Positions 18,790 to 28,207 of a stretch of DNA of 64,000 bases are shown here, piece after piece. Source of the stretch: Candidatus Micrarchaeaceae archaeon (lineage in GTDB: Bacteria > Chloroflexota > Dormibacteria > Aeolococcales > Bog-877); the NCBI GenBank assembly GCA_035531715.1, contig DATKSI010000010.1, forward strand, positions 73,615 through 137,614. The letters are read 5' to 3'. Each line of letters opens with the position of its first letter. The first letter of the stretch is position 1. A program made the position numbers and the translations under genes. The notes beneath the pieces are model-generated. The model was not told the origin of the DNA. It ran no database searches and saw nothing but the letters and a program-made list of their open reading frames with translations.

Positions 18790-19674
18790 TCAACCTCCTG
18801 CACCTGCTCGGTCGGCCGGTACCAGCCTGGCCGCCGACTGGATGGACGAGTAGAGCTGGGCTAGCTCCGGGTCGACCCGGTCCAGCGCTGCGAGGTGGAC
18901 CCTCACCGTGGCCGTATCGTGGCGTTGCTGGGGGCCGCTCAGCCCGAGTTCCGGGCCCAGCCGCTGCACGTTGCGCGCGCTGGCCAAGTGCAGGGCCCGG
19001 AGAGCCGTGGTCAACTCGCTGCCACTGCCGGACGCCGCCCCCAACCGCTCCGCGATCTGTTCCAGGAGTACTGGGAGAACGCCGGCGAACACGGCTGCCG
19101 CGTGATAGAGCGGACGGTCTACCCCGTCCATCTCGATCACCCGGCAGCCAAGCAGGCGGGCCAGCTCCAAGAGCTCCGTTCGCGCCTCCGGATCAGCTTC
19201 GACCGAAGCGAAGGAGTTATCGAAGGAGGCCGGGTCGCCGTCCGGGAAGGGGGCCAAGGGATGGAAGACGCCCAAGGCACAGCCCCTGCCCCGCAAGGGG
19301 GCGAGGAGGCTGAGCCCCTGGATCCCGGCACAGTGGGCGACGATCCGGTCGCTCAGCTGACCGCCTTGGCGGAGTTCCTCCACCAAAGGAGCCAGCAGGG
19401 TGTCCTGAGCGCAGAGCAAGGTGACCCGCGATCTCTCCAGCAGGTGGGCGGGATCGGGGGCAACCGCCCAGCCCAGTTCCGCAGCGAGGGCGTGCGCCCG
19501 CTCCGCTCTTCGAGAGGAGATCAGCCCCGGCGCCACTCCGGCTTGGGCCAAGCGGCGAGCGATCGCCTGGGCCAAGCGCCCAGCACCGACGATTCCGTAA
19601 CCCACTTCCGTCTCGGTCACCTCAGGGATCCAAGCGGATTGAGGTCGATCCTCACTTGCCCAACGGGCCGCCAT
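18790..19674 (-). CDS. Rossmann-fold / DUF2520-domain protein (candidate ketopantoate reductase)
   Basis: YGIVGAGRLAQAIARRL dinucleotide-binding motif, YHAAAVFAG, and the C-terminal LSGPQQRHDTATVRVHLAAL pattern typical of DUF2520. Sits immediately upstream of panB-panC. Confidence 0.7.
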   Translation of the reverse strand: MAARWASEDRPQSAWIPEVTETEVGYGIVGAGRLAQAIARRLAQAGVAPGLISSRRAERAHALAAELGWAVAPDPAHLLERSRVTLLCAQDTLLAPLVEELRQGGQLSDRIVAHCAGIQGLSLLAPLRGRGCALGVFHPLAPFPDGDPASFDNSFASVEADPEARTELLELARLLGCRVIEMDGVDRPLYHAAAVFAGVLPVLLEQIAERLGAASGSGSELTTALRALHLASARNVQRLGPELGLSGPQQRHDTATVRVHLAALDRVDPELAQLYSSIQSAARLVPADRAGAGG

Positions 19675-19727
19675 TCATGGTAAGCGCCGCCAGCCAGTAT
19701 TCGCTTCCCACCGCTGCCGGGCCAAGC

Positions 19728-21608
19728 TCAGCTGGCGGCTGGTTGCTCTTCCTCGGCGCGCTGGATCACTTCGTCCATCTCCTTGCGGTCCATCGACTCA
19801 ACCTGGATCAAGTGATCGGCCAGGGCCAGCAGGGTCTGGCGGCGGAGGGTGAGCACCTTTTTGGCCGTGAGGTAGGCGTTGTCCACCAGGGAGTGCACCT
19901 CCTGGTCGATCTCGCCGGCCACCTCTTCTGAGTAGTTCCTCTGCTCGCCCAGATCCCGGCCCAGGAAGACCAGTTCCTCTTTCGTGCCGAAGGCCAGGGG
20001 GCCCAGCTTCTCGCTCATCCCCCACTCCGTCACCATCCGCCGGGCCAGCTTGGTGGCCTTTCCGATGTCGTCGGAGGCCCCGGTGGTGATGTTGGCATCG
20101 CCGAGGAGGATCTCTTCGGCAACCCGACCGCCGAGGATCCCGGCCAGCTGATCGGTGAGCTCGGCCTTGCTGACCAGCACCTTGTCATGCTCGGGGAGCG
20201 ACATGGTCCAGCCCAGAGCCATCCCTCGGCTGACGATGCTGATCTTGTACGGGGGGTCGCAGTGAGGCAGGGTGCGCATCACCAGGGCGTGGCCCATCTC
20301 GTGGTAGGCGATCACCGTCTTCTCCTCGTCGGTTATCCGCCGCGACTTGCGCTCCGGCCCAGCCAGCACCCGGGCGATCGCCTCCTCCAGTTCCGGCATC
20401 GCGATTACCTTCTTGTTCTGCCGGGCGGCGAGAATGGCGGCCTCGTTGATCAGGTTCGCGAGGTCGGCGCCGCTGAAGCCGACCGTCTGCTTGGCCAGGA
20501 CCTCCAGGTTCACCGAGGTGTCGAGCGGCTTGTTGCGGGCGTGGACCTTGAGGATCTCGACCCGACCGCGAATGTCCGGTCGATCCAGGGTGACATGCCG
20601 ATCAAAGCGGCCCGGGCGGAGCAGCGCCGGATCCAACACATCGGGCCGGTTGGTGGCGGCGATGACGATCACATGGGTGTTGGTCTCGAAGCCGTCCATC
20701 TCCACCAGGAGCTGGTTGAGGGTCTGCTCCCGCTCGTCGTGGCCCCCGCCGAGCCCGGCGCCCCGCTGGCGGCCGACCGCGTCGATCTCATCGACGAACA
20801 CGATGCAGGGGCTGTTCTTCTTGGCCTGGTCGAAGAGGTCGCGGACCCGGCTGGCGCCAACTCCCACGAACATCTCGACGAACTCCGATCCCGAGATGCT
20901 GAAGAAGGGCACGCCCGCCTCGCCGGCGACCGCCTTGCTGAGGAGCGTCTTGCCGGCGCCAGGGGGACCGACCAAGAGCACCCCCTTGGGGATGCGGGCC
21001 CCGAGAGAGGTGAATCGCTCTGGGTACTTCAGGAACTCAACGACCTCGCTGAGCTCCTGCTTGGCCTCGTCTACCCCGGCCACGTCGGCGAAGGTGACCT
21101 CGGGCTTGTCCCCGGCCACCAGCCGAGCCCGGCTGCGGCCGAACGACAGGGCCTGATTGTTGCCGCTCTGGCTCTGCCGGAGCATGAACCAGATGAAGGC
21201 CAAGATCACCAGAACGATGATCACATTGGGCAGGACATAGGTGAGAAACACGTTGTCTGAGCTGGGTGCCTGAATGGTGTAGTTGGTGTACCCGTAGGGC
21301 TGAAAAATCGCGGTCGGGTCACTAGCTTCTACGAAAGACTGGTACTCGTGCCCAGAGGTGGTGTACCAATCGACCGATTCACTGGAGTTGACCACCTGGG
21401 CCTGCTTGGTGCTGGAGATGACCAGCTGCCCCGCGGGAACCGGCTTTCCTTCGGATTTGAGCTGGTAGTTGGCCAGCGCCTGCTGCAGCTGACCGGTGGA
21501 GCGGATGGCGATCGTCTTGCCTGGGGAAACCCGCCAGGCCAGGACAGCGATGACCAGCAGCGCCATGAACAGGACGGCGTACGCGATGGTCCGGCGCTGG
21601 CGTGGCAT
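19728..21608 (-). CDS. ftsH: ATP-dependent zinc metalloprotease FtsH
   Basis: 626 aa. N-terminal TM helices, Walker [12 protein letters not shown] region, and HEMGHAL zinc site. Confidence 0.97.
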   Translation of the reverse strand: MPRQRRTIAYAVLFMALLVIAVLAWRVSPGKTIAIRSTGQLQQALANYQLKSEGKPVPAGQLVISSTKQAQVVNSSESVDWYTTSGHEYQSFVEASDPTAIFQPYGYTNYTIQAPSSDNVFLTYVLPNVIIVLVILAFIWFMLRQSQSGNNQALSFGRSRARLVAGDKPEVTFADVAGVDEAKQELSEVVEFLKYPERFTSLGARIPKGVLLVGPPGAGKTLLSKAVAGEAGVPFFSISGSEFVEMFVGVGASRVRDLFDQAKKNSPCIVFVDEIDAVGRQRGAGLGGGHDEREQTLNQLLVEMDGFETNTHVIVIAATNRPDVLDPALLRPGRFDRHVTLDRPDIRGRVEILKVHARNKPLDTSVNLEVLAKQTVGFSGADLANLINEAAILAARQNKKVIAMPELEEAIARVLAGPERKSRRITDEEKTVIAYHEMGHALVMRTLPHCDPPYKISIVSRGMALGWTMSLPEHDKVLVSKAELTDQLAGILGGRVAEEILLGDANITTGASDDIGKATKLARRMVTEWGMSEKLGPLAFGTKEELVFLGRDLGEQRNYSEEVAGEIDQEVHSLVDNAYLTAKKVLTLRRQTLLALADHLIQVESMDRKEMDEVIQRAEEEQPAAS

Positions 21609-21696
21609 CCGGCCGATTGTACGCAGTCGTTGGGAGCGGTCCCTGGCTTCGATCTGGGCGTCGCCCCGGCTGCGCCAGGACGCCTCCGCGGCGCTG

Positions 21697-21769
21697 TGGC
21701 GGTACCTGGATTTGAACCAGGGACACCTCGGTTATGAGCCGAGCGCTCTAACCCCTGAGCTATACCGCC
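21697..21769 (-). tRNA. tRNA with CAU anticodon, elongator type (tRNA-Met or lysidine-modified tRNA-Ile2); no encoded CCA
   Basis: The reverse complement folds as GGCGGTA TA GCTC AGGGGTTA GAGC G CTCGG CTCATAA CCGAG GTGTC CCTGG TTCAAAT CCAGG TACCGCC A. Confidence 0.9.
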
Positions 21770-21797
21770 ATCGCCCGCGGCCTCGGATGGGTGAGCG

Positions 21798-21869
21798 TTG
21801 CGGCGCCAAGATTCGAACTTGGGACCTTCGGGTTATGAGCCCGACGAGCTGCCACTGCTCCACGCCGCG
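21798..21869 (-). tRNA. Initiator tRNA-fMet (CAU); no encoded CCA
   Basis: The reverse complement is CGCGGCG TG GAGC AGTGGCA GCTC G TCGGG CTCATAA CCCGA AGGTC CCAAG TTCGAAT CTTGG CGCCGCA A. It shows the C1:A72 mismatch and three G:C pairs at the base of the anticodon stem. Confidence 0.9.
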
Positions 21870-21957
21870 CCGAGAGTGTACGCGAACTGGGACAGAACGT
21901 CAAAAGGGCAGTGAGCCCGCACCCCTCAAGCGGGTCGACCTGGCCGGATCGGGGGGT

Positions 21958-22422
21958 TCAGGCGGGCGGCGGGCTGATGCCCAGCAGCTCTTGGACCAGC
22001 GCTTGAGCGGTCTGGCCGACGGCGTCAGCCCCCTGCTGGATCGCCACTGGGCCTGCCGCCTGGACCGGATTCTCGACCGCGTAGACCTTCTCAGTCGGCC
22101 CGGTGAGCCCCTCGGAGCGGGCGATCTCCGACTGCGCGGCCGCCGAGGCCGCCGTGGTCAGCTCTTGGCGCTGGGCTTGGACTTGGCTGGTGAGGCCCTG
22201 GGACTGGAGCTGCAGCTGATCCAACTGGCGACGCAGGCTGGCATCAGTGCCCAGGCCGTGATAGAGGCTCGCCGCGATCCAGAATCCGGCGACTGTGACG
22301 ATCAGCAGGACCGCGTGCCGACGCCCCAGAGCGTGGCTCCGCCGGAAAAGCCGCCAGCGGATGCGTAGCTCTCGGATCAGCCCAGCAACGGGCCCGTAGC
22401 CGTCCGCTCGATCCTGGTGCAA
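21958..22422 (-). CDS. ftsB: Septum formation initiator family protein (FtsB/DivIC-like)
   Basis: 154 aa. Single TM helix (AVLLIVTVAGFWIAASLY), a coiled-coil Gln/Leu-rich segment, then the SEIARSEGLTGPTEKVYAV motif. Confidence 0.65.
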   Translation of the reverse strand: MHQDRADGYGPVAGLIRELRIRWRLFRRSHALGRRHAVLLIVTVAGFWIAASLYHGLGTDASLRRQLDQLQLQSQGLTSQVQAQRQELTTAASAAAQSEIARSEGLTGPTEKVYAVENPVQAAGPVAIQQGADAVGQTAQALVQELLGISPPPA

Positions 22423-22527
22423 CGTGAAGTGGGTGTGAGTCGGCAGGCGGCGAGCCGCTGGGCCCGCCCGTTGGGCTGAGTATACGGCCGAGAGGGGCGG
22501 CCCGCTGAAGTTCTGTCGAGTTCGGCC

Positions 22528-23271
22528 CTACTTCGCCCCGTCCGGGGCCACCTGGCTGCCCGCGACCACCGTCTGATCGCGGTCGGCCAACTCCGTCTGG
22601 CGCAGCGACTGGCGGCGGCGGGCGGCGAACCGCCGCAGGGCTCCTTCGGCGTCGAGATCCCGGGCGCGGGCCACCGCGACCACCGCGTAGAGCAGCTCGC
22701 CGATCAGCTCGTCGGCCGAGGCGCCGCTGGCTGTCCCGCCGGCAAGCTGTTCGAGCGTCTGCTGGGCGGATAGCGCGGGATCGGGGCCGGATCCATCGGA
22801 AATGGCCGGCTGGCGGCGCTGGATGGCCGCCGCCAGCGCCAGCGCTGGCAGCGAGTTGGGAATCCCGTCGAGAGCGGATTCCCGGTCCGGCTTCTCGCGC
22901 CGCTTCAACTCCTCCCAGTTGCTGATCACCTGGCCCAAGTCCGCCGCCTCCAGCTCCCCGAAGACATGGGGATGACGGCCGATCATCTTCTCGGTCGCGA
23001 TCTTGGCCACCTGGCCGATGTCGAAGGTCCCCGCCTCAGCCGCGATCGCCGAGTGCATGGCCACCTCCACCAGCAGGTCGCCAAGCTCCTCCGCCAGCTC
23101 TTCCGAGCGACCTGCCTCCGCCGCCTGGATCGTCTCGTAGGTCTCCTCCAGCAGAAAGGGAAGCAGGCTTTGGTGGGTCTGAGCCCGGTCCCAAGGGCAG
23201 CCCTGCGGTGCCCGCAGCTGCTCCATCACCTCGAAGAGTCGGCGCAGCTGCAGCAGCTGCTGGTCGGTCAC
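22528..23271 (-). CDS. mazG: Nucleoside triphosphate pyrophosphohydrolase MazG
   Basis: GCPWDRAQTHQSL and EETYE motifs. GTGA overlap with the mfd stop. Confidence 0.9.
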   Translation of the reverse strand: MTDQQLLQLRRLFEVMEQLRAPQGCPWDRAQTHQSLLPFLLEETYETIQAAEAGRSEELAEELGDLLVEVAMHSAIAAEAGTFDIGQVAKIATEKMIGRHPHVFGELEAADLGQVISNWEELKRREKPDRESALDGIPNSLPALALAAAIQRRQPAISDGSGPDPALSAQQTLEQLAGGTASGASADELIGELLYAVVAVARARDLDAEGALRRFAARRRQSLRQTELADRDQTVVAGSQVAPDGAK

Positions 23272-26200
23272 GATTGGGCCAGCTCGGCGAGCCGTTCGGC
23301 TCTGGCGCGGATCAGCTGCCGCAGCAGGCCGAGGAGCACCTCGGGCCAGCCCTCGCCCAGCCGCCCCACCCGAAGCCGCAGCCGATTGCTGCTGGTCTCC
23401 ACCAAATGGCCGGCGCCCTGAGCGGCAACCTCTCGGAGCGGCAGCCCGTGGCCGGGCTCGAAGCCGATGACCACGTCCTCATGGTCAGTCTCCACCGACC
23501 GCGCCCCCACCTCGGCCGCCAGCAGCCGGATGCGCAGCGCCAGAAGCAGATTCTCCAATTCCTCCGGCCGGGGACCGAACCGCTGACGGAGGTTGCGCGC
23601 ACTCTCGTCCAACTCTCGCTCGGTGGTGGCTCCGGCCAGCTGCTGATAAATCCGCAGTCGGAGGCGCTCGTCGGGCACGTACTCCGGCGGCAGCAGGGCA
23701 TGAAAGGGCAGGTTGACCGCCACCTGGGCGGGCGATTCGGCCAGCTCCTGGCCCCGGGCCTGCAGCACCGCCTGGCGGAGCAGATGGTTGTAGGTCTCCA
23801 GGCCGACCGCCGCGATGTCGCCGTGCTGGGCTTCGCCGAGCACATTCCCGGCGCCTCGGATCTCGAGATCCTTTAGCGCCAAGGCGAAGCCCGAACCCAG
23901 GTCTTGCAGGTCGGCGACCACATCCAGCCGCTTGTCCGCCTGCTCGGTCAGCGACTTCCCCGGGTCGTAAAGGAAGTACGCGTAGGCCCGCTGCCCGGAG
24001 CGACCCACCCGTCCCCGCAGCTGGTACAGCTGGGACAGTCCCATGCGCGACGCGTCGTCGACCACCAGGGTGTTGGCGTTGGGAATATCCAGCCCGTTCT
24101 CGATGATGGTGGTGCAGCAGAGCACGTCCACCTCGCCGGCCATGAAGCCCACCATCACCTGGGCCAGGGCGCCCTCATCCATCTGGCCGTGGGCGACCGC
24201 GAAGCGGGCATCGGGCACCAGCTGGCGCAACCACTCAACCTCCCGCTGAATCGTCTGCACCCGGTTGTGGACGTAGTAGACCTGGCCGCGACGGGCCAGC
24301 TCCCGGCGGATGACGTCCTGAACCAGTCCCGCCTCCTTGGCGGTGACATAGGTGCGGATCGGCAGCCGGCCCTCGGGTGGGGTGCGCACCACCGAGAGAT
24401 CCCGGATCCCGGCCAGCGCCATGTGGAGCGTCCGGGGGATCGGGGTGGCCGAGAGCGAGAGCACGTCCACTGCCGTGCGCAGCTGCTTGAGCCGCTCTTT
24501 CTGGAGCACCCCGAAGCGCTGCTCCTCATCCAGCACCACCAGGCCCAGATTCTTGAAGCGGACGTCCCGTTGGAGCAGCCGGTGGGTGCCAATCACGATG
24601 TCCACCGTGCCCGCCGCCAAGCCCCCCAGCACCATCTGGGCCTCCTCGTCAGAGCGCATCCGGGAGAGCTGCTCGACGGCGAGCGGGAAGGCGGCCAGCC
24701 GCTCCTTGAAGGTGAGGTGGTGCTGCTGCGCCAGAACGGTGGTGGGCACCAGCACCGCCACCTGGTAACCCCCCTCCACCGCCTTGAAGGCAGCCCGCAG
24801 CGCAATCTCGGTCTTGCCGAATCCCACGTCACCGCAGAGCAGCCGATCCATCGGCCGGGGCGACTCCATGTCCCGCTTGATGTCGTCCAGCACCAGCAGC
24901 TGATCGCGGGTCTCCTGGTAGGGAAAGGACGACTCCAGCTCCTGCTGCCAACGGGAGTCCGCGGGGAAGGCGTGGCCCTCGGCCTCGAGCCGCCGCGAGT
25001 AGAGTTCCACCAGCTCCTCGGCGATCTGGTCGACCCGGCGCCGGACCGACCTTCTGGTGCGCTCCCACTCCCCGGTGCCGAGCCGGGACAGCTGGGGATG
25101 CTCTCCCCCACCGCCCGAGTACCGCTCGATCCGGTCCAGATGCTCGGCCGGCACATACAGCTTGTGGCCGTTGGCGTACTCCAGCTGCATGTACTCGCGC
25201 TCACCCTCGCCGTCCGCGACTCGGCTCATCGAGATGAAGCGGCCGATGCCGTGATCGCGGTGCACCACCACGTCTCCCGGCTCGAGCTTGAACCGGAAGG
25301 CGGCGACATCGACGCCAGATCCGGCCGCCTGGCGGAGTCTCCCGGCGGCGCTGGACTCGGCTCGGCGCACGGTGCGCAGCAGGGACGAGCTGCGACGCTT
25401 CTGAATTCCGAAGATATCGGCGTCGGAGAAGACGGCGAGCCGCAGCCCGCCCAGCACCAACCCGGACTCGAGGTCGCCAGGCGCCACCAGGAGCCCGGCT
25501 TCGCGGAGCTCAGTCTGGGAGAGGGAGAACTCCTCCACCCGGGAGGGTTCCAGACCTCGCTCCGCGGTGAGCTCCAGGACCCGATCCTCCTGCAGACCCA
25601 GGACCAGGACCGTGCCGGTGGCCCGGCGCAGCTCCCGGACCTGCACCGCGAACTGGTCGATGTCTCCAGCGAACATCGGGGCGGCGGCGATCTCCACGTC
25701 GCGGCAGACCAGCGAGTCTTCGGCCGGCTCCCGGCGCAGGTCGAGGCTGCGAGCGCCCGTCAGCTCAGCCAGGATCGCAGCCAGTGAAGCACCGGTGGCA
25801 GGGAGGTCCGCAGGCAGCTCCCCCCGGCCGACCTCCGCCTCGTGGATCGCCTCGACCTCGTCCAGCCAGGACCGGGCCACCTGGCTCAGCCGCTCGCTGT
25901 GCTCGGTCAGGAACACCGTGCCCGGCTGGAGATGCCGCAGCAGAGTTTGTTCCGGATCTGCCAGTAGCGGTGCCACGGCATCAGCCGGGTCGGGCAGAGC
26001 ACCATCCTGCAACAACTCGAGATCGGACTCCCAGCGCTCCCGGACGTCCTCCCGCAGCGAGGCGAGGTCCAGACCAGCGAGCCGCCCTGCCGCCAGCTCC
26101 AGTGAGGACCGGTCAAGCGAGAACTCCCGAGCCTGGGTCAGAACCACCGAGTCCAGAGCAGCGCGCGAACCCTGAGTCTCGGGATCCAATCTCCATAGGC

Positions 26201-26849
26201 CCGCCACCAGGTCGCCCTCCCATTCCGCGCGCCAAGGCCGGCCTTCAGTCGGAAAGCAGTCGATGATCCCGCCGCGGCGGGCGAACTCCCCGGGGAAGGA
26301 GATGATCGACTCCTGTCGGTAACCAGATTCGAGGAGCAGCGCCGCCAGTTCCGCCGGGGCGATCATCGCCCCAGCGTCGAGAGTGCTGCGCCAGCTGTCG
26401 ACCCGTTCCGGCGACAGGGTGGGCCGCAGGATGGCCGGCAGCGAGGTCACCACGATCTGCGGCGTCGCGGAGCGCAAGCCCCGCAGGGTCGCCAGCCGGT
26501 GACGGACCACCTCTCCCGAGGGGGCGATGCGGTCGAAAGGGAGCACGTCCGCGGCGGGAAAAAGGAGCACGTCTCTGTCCGAAGTCCAGGTCGAGATCTC
26601 CTGCCAAACCGGCTCCGGCTCGGCGACCACGATGCAGACCGGGAGCTGAAGCAGCTCCCGGACCAGCGCCGCCACCAGCGGGGTGGCGGCGTGAATGACC
26701 CCGCCGATTGAGCTGGGGGGCATCCCCTGCTCCCGCCAGCCGTGGAGTCCCAATCCGAATGGCAGACCGGCCATCCGGCTGAGCAGGGTAGGCAGCGGCG
26801 CCAGCGTGGCTCCCGGACCGGATCCCTTGGACCGCGGCTCAGCCGTCAT
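23268..26849 (-). CDS. mfd: Transcription-repair coupling factor
   Basis: 1193 aa. CarD/RNAP-interaction region (VVHRDHGIGRF) and superfamily 2 helicase motifs (GDVGFGKTE, DEEQRFGV, QLRGRVGR). Confidence 0.97.
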   Translation of the reverse strand: MTAEPRSKGSGPGATLAPLPTLLSRMAGLPFGLGLHGWREQGMPPSSIGGVIHAATPLVAALVRELLQLPVCIVVAEPEPVWQEISTWTSDRDVLLFPAADVLPFDRIAPSGEVVRHRLATLRGLRSATPQIVVTSLPAILRPTLSPERVDSWRSTLDAGAMIAPAELAALLLESGYRQESIISFPGEFARRGGIIDCFPTEGRPWRAEWEGDLVAGLWRLDPETQGSRAALDSVVLTQAREFSLDRSSLELAAGRLAGLDLASLREDVRERWESDLELLQDGALPDPADAVAPLLADPEQTLLRHLQPGTVFLTEHSERLSQVARSWLDEVEAIHEAEVGRGELPADLPATGASLAAILAELTGARSLDLRREPAEDSLVCRDVEIAAAPMFAGDIDQFAVQVRELRRATGTVLVLGLQEDRVLELTAERGLEPSRVEEFSLSQTELREAGLLVAPGDLESGLVLGGLRLAVFSDADIFGIQKRRSSSLLRTVRRAESSAAGRLRQAAGSGVDVAAFRFKLEPGDVVVHRDHGIGRFISMSRVADGEGEREYMQLEYANGHKLYVPAEHLDRIERYSGGGGEHPQLSRLGTGEWERTRRSVRRRVDQIAEELVELYSRRLEAEGHAFPADSRWQQELESSFPYQETRDQLLVLDDIKRDMESPRPMDRLLCGDVGFGKTEIALRAAFKAVEGGYQVAVLVPTTVLAQQHHLTFKERLAAFPLAVEQLSRMRSDEEAQMVLGGLAAGTVDIVIGTHRLLQRDVRFKNLGLVVLDEEQRFGVLQKERLKQLRTAVDVLSLSATPIPRTLHMALAGIRDLSVVRTPPEGRLPIRTYVTAKEAGLVQDVIRRELARRGQVYYVHNRVQTIQREVEWLRQLVPDARFAVAHGQMDEGALAQVMVGFMAGEVDVLCCTTIIENGLDIPNANTLVVDDASRMGLSQLYQLRGRVGRSGQRAYAYFLYDPGKSLTEQADKRLDVVADLQDLGSGFALALKDLEIRGAGNVLGEAQHGDIAAVGLETYNHLLRQAVLQARGQELAESPAQVAVNLPFHALLPPEYVPDERLRLRIYQQLAGATTERELDESARNLRQRFGPRPEELENLLLALRIRLLAAEVGARSVETDHEDVVIGFEPGHGLPLREVAAQGAGHLVETSSNRLRLRVGRLGEGWPEVLLGLLRQLIRARAERLAELAQS

Positions 26850-27441
26850 CTGACCGATCCTCCGATTCCTGCCGGTTGTACTCGGTCATCGCCTGTTCGA
26901 CCCCGGCGCTGGCGATCGCCAGAATCGCCTCTCCGGCCCGAGCGCAGGCCCGCTCCAAAACCTCGAGCTCCGGGCCGGAAGGACGGCCCAGGACGTAGTC
27001 GATCGGGTCCTTGGCTGCCGGCGGGCGCCCGATTCCGATCCTGACCCGAGGGAATTCCTGGGAGCGCCAGTGGGCCTGCAGGGATCGAAGCCCATTGTGG
27101 CCCGCGGTCCCGCCGCGCGACCGGATCCGGAGCCGTCCCAGCTTGAGGTCCAACTCGTCGTAGACGACCACCACCGCGGCCAGCGGCACCTTGAAGTCCC
27201 GGGCCAGACGGGCCCCGGCGACTCCCGAATCGTTCATGAAGGTCTTGGGTCGGGCCAGGATCAACTCTCGCTCCTCGACCACCTTGTGGGCCACCCAGGC
27301 AGGGCCCCGGTAGGCCCCCAGCTTGACCCCAAGTCGGTGGGCGAGCATGGCGACCGCCTCGGCCCCGACGTTGTGGCGCGTCCCCTCATATTCGCCACCC
27401 GGATTGCCCAGCCCGATCACCAGCAAGGGGTCGGCGGTCAC
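26839..27441 (-). CDS. pth: Peptidyl-tRNA hydrolase
   Basis: LVIGLGNPGGEYEGTRHNVG N-terminus. GTG start forms a GTGA overlap with the ybeY stop. Confidence 0.94.
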   Translation of the reverse strand: MTADPLLVIGLGNPGGEYEGTRHNVGAEAVAMLAHRLGVKLGAYRGPAWVAHKVVEERELILARPKTFMNDSGVAGARLARDFKVPLAAVVVVYDELDLKLGRLRIRSRGGTAGHNGLRSLQAHWRSQEFPRVRIGIGRPPAAKDPIDYVLGRPSGPELEVLERACARAGEAILAIASAGVEQAMTEYNRQESEDRSDDG

Positions 27442-27944
27442 TCTGCGGGTTGGAGCACCGGCACCCGAGGTGCTGGGATCCCCCGGCGGCTCGCATCTCC
27501 ATCCAGGAGCAGCTGGGTGGCGCGGGTCATGCGGCGGGCCGTCTCCGCGCGCTCGTGGTCGTGTCCGATCAGGTGAAGCAGCCCGTGGACGGCCAGCAGC
27601 CGCACCTCGGTCGGGGGATCTTCCCCGACCAGCTCTGCCTGAGCGGCCGCGGTCCTGACCGAAATCACCACATCACCGAGGAAACCCACCTCCGATGCAG
27701 GTAGCTGAAAGCCGCTGTCACGATCCCCGGTCGCTGGAAAAGCGAGCACATCAGTCTCGTGGTCCTGACCTGCAAATTTGCGGTTCAGCCGACGAAGCTC
27801 GGCCGGAGTCGCCAGGCGCAAGTTGACGCTGGCCGTAGGCAAGCGCAGATCGCGAAGGGCACCACGCAGCAGTTGGCCCAGCTCCGCCTTGCGGGCGCAT
27901 TCCCGGTCGGTCCGGGCCAAGCCCGCCGAGAAGGCCAGCCGCAC
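27438..27944 (-). CDS. ybeY: rRNA maturation endoribonuclease YbeY
   Basis: HGLLHLIGHDHE zinc motif and TDVLAFP. The track ORF (to 28187) runs out of frame across rpsU, so I used the first GTG after the rpsU stop (27944). Start uncertain. Confidence 0.8.
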   Translation of the reverse strand: MRLAFSAGLARTDRECARKAELGQLLRGALRDLRLPTASVNLRLATPAELRRLNRKFAGQDHETDVLAFPATGDRDSGFQLPASEVGFLGDVVISVRTAAAQAELVGEDPPTEVRLLAVHGLLHLIGHDHERAETARRMTRATQLLLDGDASRRGIPAPRVPVLQPAE

Positions 27945-27976
27945 CGGCAACGGCGGCTGGCTCTCGGGATCGGGAG

Positions 27977-28159
27977 CTAGACCTGCTTGGCCCGGCGCTT
28001 GCGCGCGGCCATGATCTTCTTCTTGCGGCGGACGCTGGGCTTCTCGTAGAACTCGCGGCGGCGCACCTCGGTGAGGACCCCGTTCTGCTTGATCTTCTTG
28101 TTGAACCGGCGCAGCGCGCTTTCGAACGACTCGCCTTCCCGCAGCTTTACCTCCGACAG
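27977..28159 (-). CDS. rpsU: 30S ribosomal protein S21 (apparent CTG start; absent from the ORF track)
   Basis: Hand translation gives (M)[59 protein letters not shown] then TAG. GAGGAGG lies 9 nt upstream of the CTG. An in-frame TGA three codons upstream excludes any ATG/GTG/TTG start. Confidence 0.85.
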   Translation of the reverse strand: MSEVKLREGESFESALRRFNKKIKQNGVLTEVRRREFYEKPSVRRKKKIMAARKRRAKQV

Positions 28160-28207
28160 CGAAAGTCACCTCCTCAAGCCAACCCATTCCAGCCCCAGCG
28201 CGGACCC

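Noticed and set aside
27945-28187. N-terminal 81 residues of the 249-aa ORF 27438..28187 ([19 protein letters not shown]...).
   Set aside because: This part is an out-of-frame read through rpsU and its Shine-Dalgarno. The YbeY domain only begins after the rpsU stop.
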